This document shows, piece after piece, positions 1 to 6,002 of a stretch of 16,391 nucleotides of DNA. The notes beneath the pieces are model-generated. The model was not told where the DNA came from, made no database searches, and was given only the letters and a program-made list of their open reading frames with translations. Positions within the stretch are counted from its first letter, which is position 1. Each line of letters opens with the position of its first letter. The stretch is taken from the NCBI GenBank assembly GCA_964617525.1, contig CAZTWG010000003.1:1-16391 (forward strand). The letters run 5' to 3'. Made by a program: the position numbers and the translations under genes. The DNA comes from an uncultured Gammaproteobacteria bacterium (lineage in GTDB: Bacteria > Patescibacteriota > Patescibacteriia > UBA2591 > UBA6264).

Positions 1-228
1 GATAAAAAGCATCTTCATTTTCGCTTGCTTGAGGCTGGTTTTTCGCATCGCTCAGCCGTTATTTTCTATTGGTCTATTGCTTTAGTTTTTGGGGTTGTCT
101 CTCTTTTTTTGCGAACTCAGGGTAAAATTATAGCTTTATTGGTTTTGATAGTATTTGGTAGTTTTTTAATAAATTTTTTATCTCATAAAAAAGAAAATCC
201 CAGTGCTCAGCAGAATACAGACCTCTGA
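1..228 (+). CDS. 3' fragment (5'-truncated by the window edge) of a glycosyltransferase family 4 / MraY-WecA-type polyprenyl-phosphate sugar-phosphate transferase
   Basis: Frame 1 is open from base 1 to TGA at 226-228. The translation DKKHLHFRLLEAGFSHRSAVIFYWSIALVFGVVSLFLRTQGKIIALLVLIVFGSFLINF shows the D-x-x-H-[LI]-H-x-R-L-L-x-x-G-x-S-H-R motif followed by terminal TM helices, as at the C-terminus of MraY/WecA/TagO-family enzymes. The TTG at 25 in the ORF track is probably internal. Confidence 0.6.
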   Translation, partial: DKKHLHFRLLEAGFSHRSAVIFYWSIALVFGVVSLFLRTQGKIIALLVLIVFGSFLINFLSHKKENPSAQQNTDL

Positions 229-270
229 TGTCGGCGTTAGCACAAAACGCCCAACGTTGATACTTTAAAG

Positions 271-299
271 TTGACATTAGCTTTTTTTGCTAATATAAT
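271..299 (+). promoter_or_regulatory. Consensus sigma-70-type promoter: TTGACA (271-276), 17-nt spacer, TATAAT (294-299)
   Basis: Both hexamers match consensus exactly at the optimal 17-nt spacing. The predicted +1 is about 306-307, coinciding with the ATG at 307. Confidence 0.55.
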
Positions 300-306
300 A
301 AAGATT

Positions 307-1791
307 ATGGCTGATTTATCACGAAACGACAATGAAGTAGTCCTTTTTGCGGAAACAAATTATAGAAATATCCGCAAAAAATTTGGGATTAAACGCCAAG
401 ACCGTAGGCGTCATATGTATTTAATTGGCAAAACTGGAACTGGCAAATCAACGGCTCTAGAAAATATGGTTTATCAGGATATTCAAATGGGTCATGGTCT
501 CGCCGTTGTAGATCCTCATGGTGATTTAGCTGAAAGGGCTTTAGATTTTATCCCCGCAAGCAGAATTAATGATGTTGTGTATTTTAATCCAGCAGACACA
601 GAAAATCCTTTTGCTTTTAATGTTTTAGAAAGAGTGGAATCTGACCAGCGTCATTTAGTGGCATCAGGCTTGGTCGGTGTTTTTAAGAAAATTTGGGCTG
701 ATTCTTGGGGTCCTCGTCTAGAATATGTATTAAGAAATGCAATTCTAGCTTTATTGGAGTACCCCGGGAGCACACTTTTAGGAATTATGAGGATATTAGT
801 CAACAAAGATTTTAGAAAAAGGGTTGTAGACCGTTTAACAGACCCAGTAGTGAAATCTTTTTGGACTGATGAATATCCTAAATATCCAGACCGTTTACGC
901 GCTGAAGCTATTGCTCCTATTCAAAATAAAGTAGGACAATTTCTATCTACCTCTTTGATTAGAGATATTGTTGGGCAAGTGAAATCAAAAATAAATTTGA
1001 GAGATATAATGGATAACAAAAAGATTCTAATCATGAATCTTTCTAAGGGGAGAATTGGAGAAGATGCCTCAGCTTTGTTGGGAGCTATGATGATTACCAA
1101 ACTTCAGATGGCGGCTATGAGTAGAATTAATATTCCAGAAGAAGAAAGAGAAGATTTTTATCTTTACGTTGATGAGTTTCAAAATTTTGCTACTGATTCT
1201 TTCGCTGATATTTTGTCTGAAGCCAGAAAATATCATTTAAATTTAATTTTAGCACATCAATACATTGACCAATTGACAGCTAGGGATAGCTCTCGAGTTA
1301 GAGATGCTATATTTGGGAATGTTGGAACTATGGTGGTTTTTAGAGTTGGGGCTAAGGACGCCAATTTTTTGGCAAAAGAATTTACCCCACGTTTTGAAGA
1401 AGCCGATTTAGTAGATTTAGACCAATACAATATATATGTTAAGTTAATGATAGATGGGGTTACCTCAGAGCCATTTTCAGCTTTAACACTGCCACCTTTA
1501 TCTAAGCCAGAGGGCAATGGAGAAAAAATAATTAGAATTTCTAGAGAGAGATATTCTGAGCCGCGAAAATTAGTAGAAGAAAAAATAGCGCGTTGGAGTG
1601 GAACTTTAGGGCCTGGAAAGTCTATGCCAGTTGAAAAACTAGTTAAATATGACGCCAAGTGTTCTGGTTGTGGGGTTGCAATTCATGTTCCTTTTGTCCC
1701 AGATGGCGTTCGCCCTGTTTATTGCAAGACATGTTTAAAGAAAAATCGTATACAAAAAGAAAAAAATAACAAAAACAAGAATGAAAGTTGA
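307..1791 (+). CDS. Soluble TraD/TraG/VirD4-like (type IV coupling-protein-like) P-loop ATPase with a C-terminal CxxC-x17-CxxC zinc ribbon
   Basis: Walker A GKTGTGKST, VVDPHGD, FNPAD..NPFAFNVL, Walker B LYVDEFQNF and LILAHQY are typical of TrwB/TraD-type ATPases. There is no N-terminal TM segment. CSGC-(17 residues)-CKTC lies at nt 1660-1734, followed by a Lys/Asn-rich tail. ATG 307 is preferred over the ORF-track TTG 271 because 271-276 is the -35 hexamer. Confidence 0.85.
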   Translation: MADLSRNDNEVVLFAETNYRNIRKKFGIKRQDRRRHMYLIGKTGTGKSTALENMVYQDIQMGHGLAVVDPHGDLAERALDFIPASRINDVVYFNPADTENPFAFNVLERVESDQRHLVASGLVGVFKKIWADSWGPRLEYVLRNAILALLEYPGSTLLGIMRILVNKDFRKRVVDRLTDPVVKSFWTDEYPKYPDRLRAEAIAPIQNKVGQFLSTSLIRDIVGQVKSKINLRDIMDNKKILIMNLSKGRIGEDASALLGAMMITKLQMAAMSRINIPEEEREDFYLYVDEFQNFATDSFADILSEARKYHLNLILAHQYIDQLTARDSSRVRDAIFGNVGTMVVFRVGAKDANFLAKEFTPRFEEADLVDLDQYNIYVKLMIDGVTSEPFSALTLPPLSKPEGNGEKIIRISRERYSEPRKLVEEKIARWSGTLGPGKSMPVEKLVKYDAKCSGCGVAIHVPFVPDGVRPVYCKTCLKKNRIQKEKNNKNKNES

Positions 1792-3601
1792 AAAAATTAG
1801 AAAAGTTTTTTTAGACTATTTTCAGAAAAAGGGGCATAAAATTATGCCCTCATCTTCTTTGATCCCAGCAGACCCAAGTCTTCTTTTTACTTCGGCTGGG
1901 ATGCAACAGTTTATCCCGTTTTTAAGTGGAGAGTCTAAACCGTTGAGTAATAAGATTTGTTCTATACAAAAGTGTTTTCGTACGTCAGATATTGATGAAG
2001 TTGGAGATGAGTTTCACCATACCTTCTTCCAAATGTTAGGAAATTGGTCGTTTAATAGTTATTTCAAGAAAGAAGCCATTGAAATGGCTTTAGACTTATT
2101 AATTAACCATTATCACTTAGATATTTCTCGTATTTGGGTTACCATTTTCAACGGAACAAGTGGAATAGGAATTGATAAAGAAGCTGAAAAGATTTGGATA
2201 GAGAACAAAATTCCTAAAGAAAAAATAAGTTCCTTTGGTTTAAAGGATAATTTTTGGGGGCCAGTTGGAGATAAGGGCCCTTGTGGTCCTTGTTCAGAAA
2301 TATATTATGACAGGGGAGAGAGCTTCAAAAAAACAAAGTGCAGTTTAAAAAATTGCGGTCCTAATTGTGATTGCGGAAGGTTTGTAGAGATTTGGAATTT
2401 AGTTTTTATGGAATACAACAAGAAGGGAGATGGAAGTTATGAAAAACTATCAGTTAAAAATATTGATACAGGCGCAGGTTTAGCTCGATTGGCTTGCATT
2501 TTGCAGGATAAAGTTTCTGATTATGAAACGGATTTATTTTTACCTTTAATGATAAAAATTAAAGAGATTGCTGGTGTTGATAATGTCAATCAAAGATACC
2601 AAAGAATTATTGCTGACCATGTTCGGTCTGCATGTTTTTTAATCTCTGCTGGCATTTTGCCGAGCAAAGAAGATAGGGGATATATTTTAAGGCGAGTTAT
2701 TAGAAGAGCAATGCGTTGTGGTAGATTAATTAATTCTCAAAAAAGTTTCTTAATTCCTCTATCCAAAATAGTAATTGATTTATATTCTGATATTTATCCT
2801 GAATTACGACAAAACCAAACGAATATTTTGACTGTTATTCGGGACGAAGAAGAGAAGTTTAGTAGAACGTTAAAAAGGGGATTAGAAAGAATTGATAAAC
2901 TTTTTGAAAATTATTCAGGGGAGAAAAAAGATTTTACTTTATCTGATAAAGTTTTTTTTGATTTGTATCAAACTTTTGGGTATCCATTTGAGTTAAGCAT
3001 TGAAGAAATAAACAGGAGAAGAAGAGAGAATGGGGGAGATGACATCCCAAAAGATGCAAAAGATCATTTTTTAAAACTTTTTAAAAAACATCAAGAAATT
3101 TCTAGGGCTGGTGCTCAAAAGAAGTTTGGGGGGGTAGGGATTGATAGTATAGAAGATGAAGAATCTAGAGAAAAAGTTACTAAATTACATACTGCTACTC
3201 ATCTTTTGCACAAAGCCTTAAGAGAAGTTTTAGGGAATAGCGTTCATCAGGCTGGTTCAGATATCAATCCTGAGCGCCTTAGATTTGATTTTACTTATTC
3301 TCAAAAATTAACAGAAGAGGAAAAAAGTAAAATAGAAGAGATTGTAAACGAAAAGATTAAACAAGCCCTTCCTATTACAATGAAAGAAATGTCATATAAC
3401 CAAGCAATTAAAAATGGCGCTTTAGCTTTTTTTAGAGAAAAATATCCAGAAATAGTTAAGGTTTATTCAATTGGTGATTTTTCTCAGGAAGTTTGCGCGG
3501 GACCTCATGTCAGAAATACTAAAGAATTGGGAGAATTTAAAATCATTAAAGAAAAATCCTCCAGCGCTGGCATTCGCAGAATCAAAGCAACATTATATTA
3601 A
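1781..3601 (+). CDS. alaS: Alanine--tRNA ligase, short form (606 aa; catalytic, tRNA-recognition and editing-core regions; no C-Ala domain)
   Basis: Class II AlaRS signatures are present: KIRKVFLDYFQKKGH, DPSLLFTSAGMQQF, HHTFFQMLGNWSF, GPCGPCSEIYYDRG, VEIWNLVFMEYN, DTGAGLARL, ADHVRSACFLI and RGYILRRVIRRA. The editing motifs HTATHLLH and CAGPHV are also present. ATG 1781 overlaps the upstream stop by 11 nt. Confidence 0.95.
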   Translation: MKVEKIRKVFLDYFQKKGHKIMPSSSLIPADPSLLFTSAGMQQFIPFLSGESKPLSNKICSIQKCFRTSDIDEVGDEFHHTFFQMLGNWSFNSYFKKEAIEMALDLLINHYHLDISRIWVTIFNGTSGIGIDKEAEKIWIENKIPKEKISSFGLKDNFWGPVGDKGPCGPCSEIYYDRGESFKKTKCSLKNCGPNCDCGRFVEIWNLVFMEYNKKGDGSYEKLSVKNIDTGAGLARLACILQDKVSDYETDLFLPLMIKIKEIAGVDNVNQRYQRIIADHVRSACFLISAGILPSKEDRGYILRRVIRRAMRCGRLINSQKSFLIPLSKIVIDLYSDIYPELRQNQTNILTVIRDEEEKFSRTLKRGLERIDKLFENYSGEKKDFTLSDKVFFDLYQTFGYPFELSIEEINRRRRENGGDDIPKDAKDHFLKLFKKHQEISRAGAQKKFGGVGIDSIEDEESREKVTKLHTATHLLHKALREVLGNSVHQAGSDINPERLRFDFTYSQKLTEEEKSKIEEIVNEKIKQALPITMKEMSYNQAIKNGALAFFREKYPEIVKVYSIGDFSQEVCAGPHVRNTKELGEFKIIKEKSSSAGIRRIKATLY

Positions 3602-3626
3602 AACTGACCCGTCGGGTCAGTTTTTT
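3601..3626 (+). terminator. Rho-independent terminator after alaS
   Basis: AAACTGACCC-GTC-GGGTCAGTTTTTT. The GC-containing stem pairs 3604-3610 with 3614-3620 and is extendable by A:T pairs. A run of six T follows at 3621-3626, directly after the TAA stop. Confidence 0.8.
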
Positions 3627-3682
3627 ATAACATTGCTCTGAGGGCCTTCTGGCATCATTAAAAGGTATGTTTTCTAAAAATT

Positions 3683-4408
3683 ATGTATAATATTGATCTT
3701 CCGCAATTTCAAGGACCATTTGATCTGTTGTTGCGTTTAATAGAAAAAGAAAAACTAGACATTACGGAGATTACTTTAGCCCAAGTAACTGATCAGTTTT
3801 TGGGTTATATAAAAGAGATTGAAGAGGTGAGACCCGGAGAGCTAGCTGATTTTTTGAATATAGCAGCTAAACTTATTTTTATTAAATCAAAATTATTACT
3901 TCCAGAGCAGATTTTAGATGAAGATGAAGAAGATTCTCAAGATTTAATAGACCAATTAAGACTTTATCAGGAATATGTATTAGCTACTAAAAAAGTTGGG
4001 AAACTTTTATCTAGCCCTAATCATTGTTTCAGTAAAAACAAATTATCAAAAAACATTGTTCTTGCGTTTAGCTTTCCGTCTAATCTTAATTCTCAGGTTT
4101 TGAGGAAAAATTTTGAAAGTTTTGTTTTTGTGGTGAAACAACAAGCTGAATTATCTTTTAAAAGGGTTAAACGCAGAGTTTTTTCCTTAAGAAGTAAAAT
4201 CAATGAAATGTTGTCCATATTAGACAAGAATCAACAATTTATATTTAATAAAGTAATTAAATCTAAGCCAAAAGCCGAAAAATCAGTAATGTTTATGGCT
4301 ATTTTAGAATTGATGAAACGTCACAAAATTGAGATTGAGCAAAAGGGTCTTTTTGAAGATATTATTATAACCTCTAAGAGAGATTTAAAAAAAAGAAATG
4401 TAATTTAA
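3683..4408 (+). CDS. scpA: Segregation and condensation protein A (kleisin subunit of the SMC complex)
   Basis: The N-terminus LPQFQGPFDLLLRLIEKEKLDITEITLAQVTDQFLGYI is the ScpA signature. The size is 241 aa and scpB follows immediately. Confidence 0.9.
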   Translation: MYNIDLPQFQGPFDLLLRLIEKEKLDITEITLAQVTDQFLGYIKEIEEVRPGELADFLNIAAKLIFIKSKLLLPEQILDEDEEDSQDLIDQLRLYQEYVLATKKVGKLLSSPNHCFSKNKLSKNIVLAFSFPSNLNSQVLRKNFESFVFVVKQQAELSFKRVKRRVFSLRSKINEMLSILDKNQQFIFNKVIKSKPKAEKSVMFMAILELMKRHKIEIEQKGLFEDIIITSKRDLKKRNVI

Positions 4409-4415
4409 TTTGAAT

Positions 4416-4994
4416 ATGAATCATAAGGAATTAAAATCAAATATTGAAAGTTTACTTTTTATATCTAGTAGGCCAATAGATAAAAAAGAAATAGCTAAAA
4501 ATATGGGGCGAAAAATTAATGAGTTGGAGGGAATTTTTAAAGAACTTGTTAAAGAATATAATGATTCAAGCAGGGGCATAAACATTGTTAGCAATGGGCA
4601 ATCATTACAAATGGTAACTAATCCCGAGAACAGTGAATATGTGCAGAAGTTTTTGAAAACAGAAGTTTCTCAAGAACTAACTCCAGCTTCTTTAGAAACA
4701 TTGTCAATTATTGCTTATTGTGGGCCATTAACTAAGGCAGACTTAGAAAAAATTAGAGGGATAAATTGTAATATTATCATTCGTCATCTTCTTATAAAAG
4801 GTTTGATAACGGAAAAAGTTGTCAACAAGGCACACACAAAAGACGACGGCAAAGAAACTATTGAGAAACAAATAGATTCTAACAATAATATTTATTCTGT
4901 TAGCCTGGATTTTATTAAGCATTTAGGCATTAATGATGTTCAAGAATTGCCAGATTATGAAAAATTGAATAATAAGCATTTAAATAAAGAGTAG
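4416..4994 (+). CDS. scpB: Segregation and condensation protein B
   Basis: IESLLFISSRPIDKKEIAKNMG and LTPASLETLSIIAYCGPLTKADLEKIRG (tandem winged-helix pattern) are typical of ScpB, and the gene sits directly after scpA. ATG 4416 is preferred; the ORF-track TTG 4410 is possible. Confidence 0.9.
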   Translation: MNHKELKSNIESLLFISSRPIDKKEIAKNMGRKINELEGIFKELVKEYNDSSRGINIVSNGQSLQMVTNPENSEYVQKFLKTEVSQELTPASLETLSIIAYCGPLTKADLEKIRGINCNIIIRHLLIKGLITEKVVNKAHTKDDGKETIEKQIDSNNNIYSVSLDFIKHLGINDVQELPDYEKLNNKHLNKE

Positions 4995-5006
4995 TAAAAG
5001 TTATTC

Positions 5007-5717
5007 ATGAACTTTGAAAAACCTAAAATTGAAAAGCCATTGTATGCGGAGAAAAGCTCAGAAAAAAAAGAGAAGATAAGTAGAGTAGAAGATATTAAAA
5101 ACAAAATTGAGAAATCAACGGATGGCTTGGGGAAGTTTATTGATGAAGGAATTAAAGATACGGTTATTTATTTGAATGCTTTAGATTTTCCTACCTCTCA
5201 GTCATGTGAAGGTCATGTTGATGGCGGGGTGCCTACTCCATGGGTTGCTGTTGAAGCGTTGTCTCGCCCCAAAGAAAGGTTCATAAAGGAGAAAGAAATT
5301 TTTAAGAATATTGCTAAAATGCATAAAATGTCTTTAGACCAGATAAAGAGCGCACAAAATATGGATGTGTATTGGGAGGCCATTCGTATGTGTAAAGAAA
5401 ATGGAGAAACTGATGATTTTAAAGAATGGAGAAAGAGCAATAAAAAACTTCAGGATAGGATGAAATCATTGTTAGATGAATTTTATAAAAATAGATTAGT
5501 TAAAGAAAATATTAAAATAATAGTTGAAGAGAACGCTGAAAGTGATTTTAATATTCGTTGTAATATGTATGAAGGAGAATATAATGGTTTTATTAGAGGT
5601 CATGGCAGAGAGATGACTAAGGAAGAAAAAGAAAGATTTACTTTAGATTTAGAAGATTACAGAGATGAAATGGATGAATTTAGCCAGTTTTTGAAAAAAA
5701 AATATTTTGGAAAATAA
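5007..5717 (+). CDS. Hypothetical protein (236 aa), Lys/Glu-rich, with a conserved-looking core LGKFIDEGIKDTVIYLNALDFPTSQSCEGHVDGGVPTPWV
   Basis: This is a long uninterrupted ORF starting 12 nt after the scpB stop on the same strand. I recognise no family. Coding is supported by length in an AT-rich background and by tight coupling to scpB. Confidence 0.7.
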   Translation: MNFEKPKIEKPLYAEKSSEKKEKISRVEDIKNKIEKSTDGLGKFIDEGIKDTVIYLNALDFPTSQSCEGHVDGGVPTPWVAVEALSRPKERFIKEKEIFKNIAKMHKMSLDQIKSAQNMDVYWEAIRMCKENGETDDFKEWRKSNKKLQDRMKSLLDEFYKNRLVKENIKIIVEENAESDFNIRCNMYEGEYNGFIRGHGREMTKEEKERFTLDLEDYRDEMDEFSQFLKKKYFGK

Positions 5718-5798
5718 AAAGTTTTAGTGTTGAGGGTTGTTTATGGATAAGATATCGTTTTAATTTAGTGTTTTGCGTATACTTGAAATATATAAAGA

Positions 5799-5827
5799 TT
5801 AACAGGTAAGTTTTAACTAAATATATA
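5799..5827 (+). promoter_or_regulatory. Candidate promoter for the small-ORF cassette: TTAACA (5799-5804), 17 nt, TATATA (5822-5827)
   Basis: The hexamers are near-consensus at 17-nt spacing in the 123-nt spacer, giving a predicted +1 near 5834, about 7 nt before ATG 5841. AT-rich DNA produces such matches easily. An alternative is TTGAAA (5783-5788) with TAAGTT (5807-5812). Confidence 0.25.
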
Positions 5828-5840
5828 AAACAAAAATGTT

Positions 5841-6002
5841 ATGACCAATTTTGGTCTTATTAGGAATGGCAAATTAGATAACACAAAAATTAAACGATCT
5901 AATTTGTCTTTTTCTAAAAAATCAAAAAATGAATTAAATAAAATGGCTGAATCTTCAAAACCAGAAGGTTATGAAGACCAAGGATATAGGGATGAAAATT
6001 AA
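5841..6002 (+). CDS. Untracked 53-codon ORF, a candidate precursor-like peptide: MTNFGLIRNGKLDNTKIKRSNLSFSKKSKNELNKMAESSKPEGYEDQGYRDEN
   Basis: Hand translation runs from ATG 5841 to TAA 6000-6002, with an in-frame stop at 5826-5828 upstream. It falls below the length of the shortest ORF listed in the track. The peptide is bipartite: a basic N-terminal 34 residues, then an acidic tail with a duplicated G-Y-x-D (GYED, GYRD). The stop overlaps ATG 5992 of the next gene by 11 nt. An open run of 54 codons is uncommon in DNA this AT-rich but not impossible by chance. Confidence 0.4.
   Translation: MTNFGLIRNGKLDNTKIKRSNLSFSKKSKNELNKMAESSKPEGYEDQGYRDEN

Noticed and set aside
233-251. Hairpin GGCGTT-agcacaa-AACGCC after the glycosyltransferase stop, considered as a terminator
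   Set aside because: The stem is only 6 bp and no T-run follows, so it is not a convincing intrinsic terminator.
271-306. ORF-track TTG start at 271 for the ATPase; similar upstream alternatives at TTG 4410 (scpB), ATG 5971 (AsnB-like) and ATG 7523 (Mur ligase)
   Set aside because: TTG 271 is the -35 hexamer of a consensus promoter. ATG 7523 would overlap the upstream gene by 38 nt, whereas ATG 7565 sits 4 nt after its stop. The others are the longest-ORF choices, but a downstream ATG is available. None can be excluded without experimental or comparative data.
1257-1658. 133-aa minus-strand ORF
   Set aside because: It is entirely antisense to the well-supported ATPase gene and has low-complexity Ser/Leu-rich content with no motifs, so it is a shadow ORF.
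2329-2385. Cys cluster KCSLKNCGPNCDCGRF in AlaRS, considered as a novel insertion
   Set aside because: A comparable Cys-rich segment at this position is, to my recollection, common in AlaRS of many bacteria, so it is not unusual.
5213-5440. 75-aa minus-strand ORF
   Set aside because: It is antisense within the 236-aa plus-strand ORF and has no start context or motifs, so it is a shadow ORF.
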